A DNA stretch of 64,000 bases from Alphaproteobacteria bacterium (GTDB lineage: Bacteria; Pseudomonadota; Alphaproteobacteria; MPNO01), in contig CBDFLJ010000001.1 of NCBI GenBank assembly GCA_965248835.1, positions 736,001-800,000 of the forward strand, read 5' to 3'. Shown piece after piece: positions 20,775 through 28,322 of this stretch. A model generated the notes under the pieces. The model saw only the letters and a program-made list of their open reading frames with translations. It was not told where the DNA came from and searched no databases. The position numbers were made by a program, and so were the translations under genes. Every line of letters begins with the position of its first letter. Position 1 is the first letter of the stretch.

Positions 20775-21241
20775 GCGAGGTCAGCCTCACCATCAACGGC
20801 CGCGCCGTCACCGCCAGCGTCGAGCCGCGCACCAGCCTGGCGGACTTCGTGCGCGAGAGCCAGCGCCTGACCGGCACCCATCTGGGCTGCGAGCACGGGG
20901 TGTGCGGGGCTTGCACGGTCCTGATCGACGGTGAGCCGATGCGCTCGTGCATCACCTTTGCGGTGAGCTGCGACGGGGTCGAGGTGACCACCATCGAGGG
21001 CTTCGACGAGGACGAGGTGATGGAGGATCTGCGCCAGGCCTTCACCGAGCACCACGGCCTGCAATGCGGCTACTGCACACCCGGCATGCTGGTGACCGCG
21101 CGCGACATCGTCACCCGACTGCCCGATGCCGACGAGAAGCGGGTCCGGCTGGAGCTGTCGGGCAATCTGTGCCGCTGCACCGGCTATGTCGGGATCGTCC
21201 GCGCCATCCTCGCGGTCCTCGACAAGCGCGCCAGGGCATAA
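20771..21241 (+). CDS. CoxS-like (2Fe-2S) subunit
   Basis: GCEHGVCGACT, QCGYCTPG, GNLCRCTGY. Confidence 0.95.
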   Translation: MSEVSLTINGRAVTASVEPRTSLADFVRESQRLTGTHLGCEHGVCGACTVLIDGEPMRSCITFAVSCDGVEVTTIEGFDEDEVMEDLRQAFTEHHGLQCGYCTPGMLVTARDIVTRLPDADEKRVRLELSGNLCRCTGYVGIVRAILAVLDKRARA

Positions 21242-21266
21242 GCCCGGCGCGGCGCCGGCCGACCGC

Positions 21267-22145
21267 TCAGGCGGAATAGGGCATCGCCCACGCCCGTTGC
21301 TCGTGGCCCGGCGCGTAGGCCATATTGGTTTGATCCGGGTTGCGGTTGACCAGCGGGCGGGCATAGAGCGGGTGGGTCATCGAGCGTATCTCGTGCTCGA
21401 GGGTGAACAGCACCTCGCCGCTGGTCTCATCGACGATGTCCTTGAACCGGTATTGGTGCTGGTTGTCTTCCTGGCTGATCAGCCCGCGTTCGCCGAGACG
21501 GTGATAGGGCCCCGAGAAGTCCGCGACATAGACCTGGATATGGTGGCCGTCATAGGGCGCGGCCGGCGTATCGGTCTCGCGGAACAGCAGCGACTGGGTG
21601 CCGCCGGCACCGACCCGCGCGGCCGGAGCGTCCTCGTCGTCCTCCACCGCTGCCGGTGCGCCGAAGACCGTCTCGTAGAACCGCGCGATCCCTGCAGCCG
21701 CTCCGGGCGGCACGTCGAGGCGGAGATAGGCCATGCCCAGCGTGGTGCGGTCGAACCTCTTGCCCGGGCCGTGCACCCGGAAGCGGTTGCCCCACGGACA
21801 GCTCACATCGACGTGGTCGTTGGCCGGGGTGAAGCCGAACGCCGTCTCGGCCAGCGGCTCGCGGACATCGTCCAGGCGCGTGACAAGGCCGTCGAGGTCC
21901 GGGCTGACCAGGCCGACCACGCCGCGCAGCCTCTGGGGCTCGCCCGTCGGCAGGTGAAACTGGCTGCGCCCGACATTGATCCACATGTTGGTCACCCCGG
22001 TCACCAGATAGGGATCGCGCGTGAGCCCGAGCCCGGTGACGTAGAACAGAGTCGCCAGCCGCTGGTCGGGCACGCACACATTGACATGCTCCAGCGCGAC
22101 GATGTTGCCGACATCTTCCGCCGTTCGATCGAATGTCTTCGCCAC
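21267..22145 (-). CDS. Glyoxalase/VOC-like hypothetical protein
   Basis: LEHVN..VPD, FY..GLGL.RDPY, QFHLP, CPWGN; duplicated VOC-like modules. Confidence 0.7.
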   Translation of the reverse strand: MAKTFDRTAEDVGNIVALEHVNVCVPDQRLATLFYVTGLGLTRDPYLVTGVTNMWINVGRSQFHLPTGEPQRLRGVVGLVSPDLDGLVTRLDDVREPLAETAFGFTPANDHVDVSCPWGNRFRVHGPGKRFDRTTLGMAYLRLDVPPGAAAGIARFYETVFGAPAAVEDDEDAPAARVGAGGTQSLLFRETDTPAAPYDGHHIQVYVADFSGPYHRLGERGLISQEDNQHQYRFKDIVDETSGEVLFTLEHEIRSMTHPLYARPLVNRNPDQTNMAYAPGHEQRAWAMPYSA

Positions 22146-22249
22146 GGTTCATCCCCCGGCTGAATTTGATCACGTCCCCGCGAGCCTAGCAGCGCCCGGC
22201 CGCCGGCGCATTATCCGATTAAGCGGATTCTGCCCGATTGGAACTCGCG

Positions 22250-22867
22250 CTAAGAGCCGGACTCCGCGCCGAGCTTGCCGAGAACCGCATCGACCTCCGG
22301 CCTGTCGCGGTGGTCGCGGGAGGAAAACCGGTGGCGGACGATGCCCTGGTCATCCAGCACGACGATCATCGGCGTGGCGAACCCGTACCACGGGCTGGTC
22401 GCAGGAACGCTCGGGTCGATCAGGTCGAAAGCCGAAATGATGCGCGAGCCCTTGTCCGAAAGCAGCGCGAACGCGATCCGGTCGCGTTTTGCGAACCCGG
22501 CGAGCTTGGGCATCGGATCGTAGGTGACCGCCGCCAGCCGGTAGCCCAGCTCAGTGACCTTATGGATCTGTCGGTTCCAGGCGACCGCCTGGGATTTGCA
22601 GTGGGGTCACCAATCGAAGGACCGGGAAAACATCAGGATCAGCCCGCGCTTGCCGCGCAGCGACCGGAAATCGCGGGTTGCGCCGATTTGATCCTTGGCG
22701 GCGACGGATACCGCAGCCGCCATGCCGATCTCCGGACCCTGGGTGAGCTGGTCGACGGCACCGGCCGCCAGGGCCTGCGGGCCGGCGAGCCCGCTGACCG
22801 TCAGGGCCGCCAGCGCGACCGCGACGGCGGTCGGGCGCAGCAACGTCCATGTCCGATTTGACCCCAT
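22250..22867 (-). CDS. Exported AhpC/TSA peroxiredoxin-like selenoprotein (UxxC; Sec87 at TGA 22609-22607), 205 aa
   Basis: ORF ending FSRSFDW* continues in frame as PHCKSQAVAWNRQ...AAVTYDPMPKL...LLSD...P...VLDDQGIVR; GGAGAG RBS; N-terminal signal peptide. Confidence 0.88.
22577..22592 (-). promoter_or_regulatory. Candidate bacterial SECIS element
   Basis: Minus strand CCAGGC-GGTC-GCCTGG hairpin; GGU loop starts 20 nt after the UGA. Confidence 0.75.
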
Positions 22868-22926
22868 CGATCTCTCCGCGTAGGACATGCCGCATTCACG
22901 GCCGGAGCATGCAGGACCGGTCGCGA

Positions 22927-22950
22927 TTTCACAATCAATTGATTGTGAAA
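22927..22950. promoter_or_regulatory. Perfect 24-bp AT-rich palindrome, candidate operator
   Basis: TTTCACAATCAA-TTGATTGTGAAA in a divergent intergenic region. Confidence 0.7.
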
Positions 22951-22981
22951 GGACCCGCACGGATCGAGCCGGCCGAGGGCG

Positions 22982-23707
22982 ATGACAGACGGCCCCGACA
23001 TTCTTGCTCGGCTGGACCGCTCGCTCGCGGCAACCGGCCTGCTCGTGCGCGGCGGATTTCATCCGGATCCGGCGGATCGCGTGCCCGAGCTCGCCGATGG
23101 ACGGTCGCCGCGCACCGCAGTGCTGATCGGCAATGCCGGCGGTGCGTTGTGGCGCGCCTTTGCCGCCGCGCGCGCCGAAGATCCCCGATCGTTCGACCCG
23201 CGCCACCCGCTGGACCGATGGCTTCGGCCGCGGATCGAGGCGGCCGCCGCCGCGGTCGGTGCCGAACCGGTCTTCCCCAACGACGGCCCGCCCTTCGTTC
23301 CGATCCTCGACTGGGCGCAGCGCGCCGAGCCGGTCTATCGCTCGCCGATCGGCATCATGATCCACCCCGAATTCGGGCTGTGGCATGTCTATCGCGCGGC
23401 GCTGCTGTTCGCCGGGCGGCTCGACATGCCGGCCCGCGCAGATCAACCGAGCCCGTGCGAGACCTGCGCCGGGCGGCCGTGCCTCAAGGTCTGCCCGGTC
23501 GATGCGTTCGAGCCCGACAGGTTCGCCGCCGAGCGCTGCGCCGGTCATGTCGAGTCCGCCGCGGGTACTCCGTGCCGCGAGCGCGGCTGCCTTGCGCGGC
23601 GGGCCTGTCCGGTGGCCGCGGACCTGCGCTATCCGCGGGACGCCCAGGCCTTCCACACCGCTGCCATGCTCGGTGCCGTCCGGCGCGGCTTCGGGGCCGC
23701 CCGATGA
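22982..23707 (+). CDS. 4Fe-4S protein with a CblC/QueG-like domain
   Basis: SPIGIMIHPEFGLWHVYRAAL; CETCAGRPCLKVCPV; C...C...GCLARRACPV. Confidence 0.75.
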   Translation: MTDGPDILARLDRSLAATGLLVRGGFHPDPADRVPELADGRSPRTAVLIGNAGGALWRAFAAARAEDPRSFDPRHPLDRWLRPRIEAAAAAVGAEPVFPNDGPPFVPILDWAQRAEPVYRSPIGIMIHPEFGLWHVYRAALLFAGRLDMPARADQPSPCETCAGRPCLKVCPVDAFEPDRFAAERCAGHVESAAGTPCRERGCLARRACPVAADLRYPRDAQAFHTAAMLGAVRRGFGAAR

Positions 23708-24726
23708 CCGGCCGGAATTTCCACAGCGACAACGTCGCCCCGGTGCATCCCGACGTGATGAGCGCGATCGCTTCGGCGAATGACGGCCCGGCGATGTCCT
23801 ACGGCGCCGATGCGATCTCGGCCCGGCTCGATGCCCTCCTGGGCGATGTCTTCGGTGCCGAGGTCCGGGTCGTTCCGGCGGCCAGCGGCACCGCGGCAAA
23901 TGCCTTGGCGCTTGCCGGGCTCGCCCGGCTCGGCACCCGGATCCTGTGCCACGAGTTGGCCCACATCCGGGTCGCCGAGGAAGGCGCGCCGGAATTCTAC
24001 GTCCCCGGGGCGGCGTGCGATCCGTTGCCCGGAGCGCACGCGATGATCGAGCCGGCAGCGCTGGCCCGCGCGCTGGACGCGCGAGGCGGGATCCTGAGCA
24101 TCACCCAGGCAACCGAGCAGGGGACCGTCTACCCGCCCGAGGCGGTCGCCGCGCTCACCGGCCCGGCGCGGGCGGCGGGCCTGGGCGTGCACATGGACGG
24201 GGCGCGGTTCGCCAACGCGGTCGCGAGCCTCGACTGCACGCCGGCGGCGATCACCGCCGCGGCCGGCATCGATGTGCTCGCCCTGGGGACGTCGAAGAAC
24301 GGCACGCTGAATGCCGAGGCAGTGGTCTTCTTCGACACGGCACTTGCCGAAGATCTTGGCCCGATGCGCAAGCGCTCCGGTCACTTCTATTCGAAGATGC
24401 GCTATCTCGGCGCCCAACTCGAGGCCTGGTTCGCGGGCGGGCTCTGGCTGCGCTTGGCGCGCCACGCCAATGCGATGGCACGCCGCCTGGCCGATGGGCT
24501 GAGTGCAGTGCCCGGCATCGCGCTCCTCGCCCCGGTCCATGCGAACCTGGTCTTCGTCGACATGCCCGTGCCGCTGATTTCCGCGCTGCAGGGCGAAGGC
24601 TATGTGCTCGAGGCAAGGGGCGGTGCCACGCGGGTCCGGCTGGTCCCCAGCCATGCGACGACCGAAGCCGACGTGGATTCGCTGATCGCCGCCGCGCGGC
24701 GGCTGGCCGATCCTCAATCCCGCTGA
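23704..24726 (+). CDS. Low-specificity L-threonine aldolase family (PLP-dependent)
   Basis: NFHSDN, GTAANALAL, HMDGARFANA, GTSKNG; ATGA overlap with upstream gene. Confidence 0.88.
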   Translation: MTGRNFHSDNVAPVHPDVMSAIASANDGPAMSYGADAISARLDALLGDVFGAEVRVVPAASGTAANALALAGLARLGTRILCHELAHIRVAEEGAPEFYVPGAACDPLPGAHAMIEPAALARALDARGGILSITQATEQGTVYPPEAVAALTGPARAAGLGVHMDGARFANAVASLDCTPAAITAAAGIDVLALGTSKNGTLNAEAVVFFDTALAEDLGPMRKRSGHFYSKMRYLGAQLEAWFAGGLWLRLARHANAMARRLADGLSAVPGIALLAPVHANLVFVDMPVPLISALQGEGYVLEARGGATRVRLVPSHATTEADVDSLIAAARRLADPQSR

Positions 24727-25703
24727 TCGTCGGCGATCCGCGCGCGTCTGCGGGTCATACGCAAGGCGAGGCGCGCCGCGGTGCCCGGCCGGCTCCATGG
24801 GCAGACCGCGATACAGATGCCGCAGCCTTGGGTGTCGTTGAAATAGGGGATGCACTTGTCGAAATCGACGTACCAGCGTTCGACCCCGCGGACCCACTGA
24901 CGCTCGCGGTGGATCGCATCGGGCGGGCACGCGGCGGTGCACACCTGGCAACTCACGCAGAAATCGTCGGCGCCGAAGACATCCGGCCGGTCGGCAACCA
25001 GCGGCAGATCGGTCAGCACGCCGGCCAGCCGGAACGAGGAACCGTATTCGCGGTTGATCATCGAGCCGTGCTTGCCGAGCTCGCCCAGCCCGGCCTCGAT
25101 CGCCGCCGGGATCAGGGTGACCGGGCCGGCGGTCGGCCCGCCGTGCGGGCGCGCGTCATAGCCCAGCCCCTGGATGAGGTTCGCCACCGCGCGCGCGGCG
25201 CGGGTGCCGCGGTTGTACTGCGCCATCACCTCGACCGCGGCCTCGATCTCGGGCGCCTTGGCAAGCGCCGCATGGTCCATCGCGACGCCGATCACGACGA
25301 TCCAGGGCTCCGGCGCGTCGTAGCCTTCGAAGATCCACTCCGGGTTCATCGCCGCGATCCCGACGAGGTCCGCCTCGTTGGCCAGCGCGTGCGCTTTGAC
25401 CTGCGCGGTCCATTCCTCGGGCGTGCCGGTGGATCGGGCGGTGGGCTTGGGCGGCGCCTGCTTCGCGCCGCGCCCACCGTATTTCAGGTGGAAGTCCTTG
25501 AGCGCCGGATAGGCCTCGAACTGCTCCATGTAGTAGTCTTGCAGCGCCCTGTGCGGGATGTCGGTGCCGTAGTGCCAGAAGACCGGGCGCGGCCGCCGGC
25601 GGGCGCGCTCGCCCTGGCCGTTGATCGTGTTGCCGGAGATCGGCGGGAACAGCCTGAGCTGGACCTCCGGCGGCTGGTAGGTCGGCTTGGCCCGTCTGGC
25701 CAT
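24714..25703 (-). CDS. Compact reductive dehalogenase-like / QueG-superfamily 2x[4Fe-4S] protein
   Basis: ADLVGIA, AGLGELGKHG...YGSSFRLAGVLTDLPL..D.P..FG..DFCVSCQVCTAACP, DKC...CGICIAVCPW. Confidence 0.8.
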   Translation of the reverse strand: MARRAKPTYQPPEVQLRLFPPISGNTINGQGERARRRPRPVFWHYGTDIPHRALQDYYMEQFEAYPALKDFHLKYGGRGAKQAPPKPTARSTGTPEEWTAQVKAHALANEADLVGIAAMNPEWIFEGYDAPEPWIVVIGVAMDHAALAKAPEIEAAVEVMAQYNRGTRAARAVANLIQGLGYDARPHGGPTAGPVTLIPAAIEAGLGELGKHGSMINREYGSSFRLAGVLTDLPLVADRPDVFGADDFCVSCQVCTAACPPDAIHRERQWVRGVERWYVDFDKCIPYFNDTQGCGICIAVCPWSRPGTAARLALRMTRRRARIADDQRD

Positions 25704-25731
25704 CCTGGACGCTCCCTGGCTGGTCGCCGGC

Positions 25732-26472
25732 TCAGACTACCCCTTTCCGGATCAGGTTCGCACCGACGATGATCAAAAAGACGAACACGCCTTTCGAGAA
25801 GACCTCCTGGGAGAGATGCAGCCGGATCTTCTGCCCGAACCACATCCCGGCCAGGGCCGGGATCAGCGCCGCCGCACCGATCGCTGCGGTTCGCGGGTTC
25901 AGCGCCCCTTGGTCGATCAACGCGCCGGCCCAGAAGAACGAGGTGAGGAAGAACGACAGGCTGATCGCCTGGAGGAAGGTTTCGCGGGCGAGCGCGAGCG
26001 CCTGGAAGTAGATTGCGACCGGCACCCCGATCGAGCCGGTCAGCCCGGTCAGCACGCCGGACAAGAACCCAACGACCGGCGACAGCAGCCCTTCGCGCCC
26101 CGCCGGCAGCCGAATGTGGATGGCGAAGATGTTGATCAGCGAATAGAGGATCACCACCACGCCGAGCCCGGCGGCGACAAGGCCCTGGTCGATGACGAAC
26201 AGCAGAACCGTGCCGCCCCACACCCCGGCAGCAAGCATGAGGTTCAGCGACCAGAACCGCCGGAACAAGGCGCCCGGCGCGCCGCCTTGCAGCACCTGCC
26301 ACAGGTTGCTCACCATCACCGGGACGATGATCAGCGGCATCGCCTCGCGGATGCCGATCACCGTCGTCAGCACCGAGATCGCCGTCAGCGGCAAGCCAAG
26401 CCCGATCACCCCCTTGACGCAGCCGGCGAACAGGAAAGCGGCCGTCGCGGTGGCGATCAGGATCGGCTCCAT
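25732..26472 (-). CDS. TauE/SafE sulfite exporter family
   Basis: AGCVKGVIGLGLP, GFLSGVLTGLTG; about 8 TM segments. Confidence 0.85.
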   Translation of the reverse strand: MEPILIATATAAFLFAGCVKGVIGLGLPLTAISVLTTVIGIREAMPLIIVPVMVSNLWQVLQGGAPGALFRRFWSLNLMLAAGVWGGTVLLFVIDQGLVAAGLGVVVILYSLINIFAIHIRLPAGREGLLSPVVGFLSGVLTGLTGSIGVPVAIYFQALALARETFLQAISLSFFLTSFFWAGALIDQGALNPRTAAIGAAALIPALAGMWFGQKIRLHLSQEVFSKGVFVFLIIVGANLIRKGVV

Positions 26473-26522
26473 ATCCCTCTGCCCGATTTGCCCGGCGGCC
26501 GCGGTCTGGATAAGGTCGGCGC

Positions 26523-27332
26523 ATGGCACCCAGCCCACAACTCCATCGTCTGATCGAGACCGCCGCCCCGCTGTTTGCCGGCGAGGCGGAGGTGGTGCGC
26601 ACCTACTGGGATTCCCCGGTGCGCACCATCGAGACCGATCTCCGCTGGCTCGAACTCCAGGTCTTCAAGGAGTTCAAGGGCTCGGGCGTCGGCGATTTCG
26701 ACAACCGCGGCGTGATCGTCGGGCCGCTGACCGAGACGCTGGAGCTGTTGCCTCGGATGGATGTCGAGGCGGGCGTGACGCGGCACCGCGTCCGCGACCT
26801 TCTCGAAGGGCTCTACGAGGAGTTCACCCACCTGGTCGCGTTTGCCGACGCCTACGACGCGATCCGGCCTGCAGGCACGCCGCCGCTCGACCCCCATCGC
26901 TGCACCGGCTGGCCGGAGGACGACGATCTCACCCGGTTGCGCTACCGGACGCTGGAGCAAAACGGCGAGATCGGCCGGCGCGCGAGCAAGTTTTCCGAGG
27001 GTGGGTACTGCACGCTGTTCCGCGAGGGCATGGCGATCGCCGGCCGCGGCGGGCGCGATGCGCTGATCGCCGACGCCTGTGCCCGGGTCTACGAGGACGA
27101 GTTCGAGCACATGCTCGAAGGGATCGTCGGCCTCGACGACGCGGCGATGGCGGACGACGACTGGACGCGCATGGAGGCGCTGGTCGTGGCCCTCCTCAAG
27201 GCGCGGGTGCGGATGCGCAACGGCCAGTTCTCGACCCCGCTCAGCCCCGAGCGCATGGCCGAGATCGATGCCGGCCGGATCGAGCCGGTCGCGTTCGACT
27301 ATGCCAAGGCCGAGGCGCTGTTCAGCCACTGA
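26523..27332 (+). CDS. Ferritin-like di-metal carboxylate protein (hypothetical)
   Basis: E...EEFTH...SEGG...DEFEH pattern (two ExxH motifs). Confidence 0.6.
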   Translation: MAPSPQLHRLIETAAPLFAGEAEVVRTYWDSPVRTIETDLRWLELQVFKEFKGSGVGDFDNRGVIVGPLTETLELLPRMDVEAGVTRHRVRDLLEGLYEEFTHLVAFADAYDAIRPAGTPPLDPHRCTGWPEDDDLTRLRYRTLEQNGEIGRRASKFSEGGYCTLFREGMAIAGRGGRDALIADACARVYEDEFEHMLEGIVGLDDAAMADDDWTRMEALVVALLKARVRMRNGQFSTPLSPERMAEIDAGRIEPVAFDYAKAEALFSH

Positions 27333-28266
27333 GCCCGTCGCCTATCTCGGCATTCTCCGAGACCAGCTCGTGGCCCGCGGCCTCGGCCGCGTGCTGCAGG
27401 ATGATCGAGAAATCGCACGCGGTATGGCCGTGGCCGACGACCGCCGAGACGATCTCGCGGGTGACCGCAGTCACCGGCATCGGCACGTCGAGCGCCTTGC
27501 CGAGCGCGAGGCCGAGGTCGAGGTCCTTGCGCAACAGCGGCGGGGTGAAGGTCGTGGTGTAGTCGAGGTTGACGAAGGACGGCGTCTTGTAGCGGGTAAA
27601 GGTCGAGCCCATCACCGAGGCGTTCATGAATTCCAGGAACGCCTGGCGCGAGACGCCGGCACGCTCGGCAAGAACGGTGATCTCGGCCATGCACTGGGTC
27701 ACTACGCCCAGCATCACATTGTGGCAGATCTTGCAGGTCCGGGCCAGATCGCCCTCGCCGACATAGGTCACGCCGCCAGGCGCGACGGCATCCAGCATCG
27801 GCCGCACCTCGTCGAAGACCGCTCGCGGGCCGGAGGCGACGATGGTCAGACGCCCGGCCTTGACCACCTTGCCGTTGCCGCTGACCGGCGCGGCCAGGAA
27901 CGCCGCCCCGCGCGCGGCAAGCGCACGGCGCACGTCGTCCGAGGCCGACTCGTCGACCGAGGAGCAGTCGACGACGATGCGCGGCGTCGCTCCAGCGTTC
28001 GACAGCAGCCCTTCCGGATCCATGATCACGCTGCGCAGGTCGTCGGGACCTGCGACCATGGTGAACACGACCGCGCGGTCGGCGAGCGCCGCGGGCGTAT
28101 CGACGATCTTGCCGCCGGATTCGGCCAGCGGCTCGGCCTTGGCGCGCGTGCGGTTGTAGATCCTCACGTCGTGTCCGGCCTTCAGCAGAAGCGCTGCCAT
28201 CGGAAACCCCATCCGCCCGGCTCCGATCCAGCCGATGGTCGCGGACTCGTTGGCGTTTCTGGTCAT
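27322..28266 (-). CDS. Beta-hydroxyacid (3-hydroxyisobutyrate-type) dehydrogenase
   Basis: IGWIGAGRMG, YNRT, APVSG, KICHN, LLRKDLDL. Confidence 0.9.
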   Translation of the reverse strand: MTRNANESATIGWIGAGRMGFPMAALLLKAGHDVRIYNRTRAKAEPLAESGGKIVDTPAALADRAVVFTMVAGPDDLRSVIMDPEGLLSNAGATPRIVVDCSSVDESASDDVRRALAARGAAFLAAPVSGNGKVVKAGRLTIVASGPRAVFDEVRPMLDAVAPGGVTYVGEGDLARTCKICHNVMLGVVTQCMAEITVLAERAGVSRQAFLEFMNASVMGSTFTRYKTPSFVNLDYTTTFTPPLLRKDLDLGLALGKALDVPMPVTAVTREIVSAVVGHGHTACDFSIILQHAAEAAGHELVSENAEIGDGLSG

Positions 28267-28322
28267 CTGGGCGGGTCTCCTCGTCGTCGCGGTGATCGGA
28301 CAGGGTGCACGGCCGGGCACGC

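Noticed and set aside
17608-21241. True aerobic CO dehydrogenase
   Set aside because: Lacks the AYxCSFR loop; gene order is L-M-S and no coxDEF accessory genes are present
24714-24726. Short 3' overlaps of convergent genes (also 27322-27332 and 47433-47452)
   Set aside because: Common in compact GC-rich genomes; nothing indicates antisense regulation
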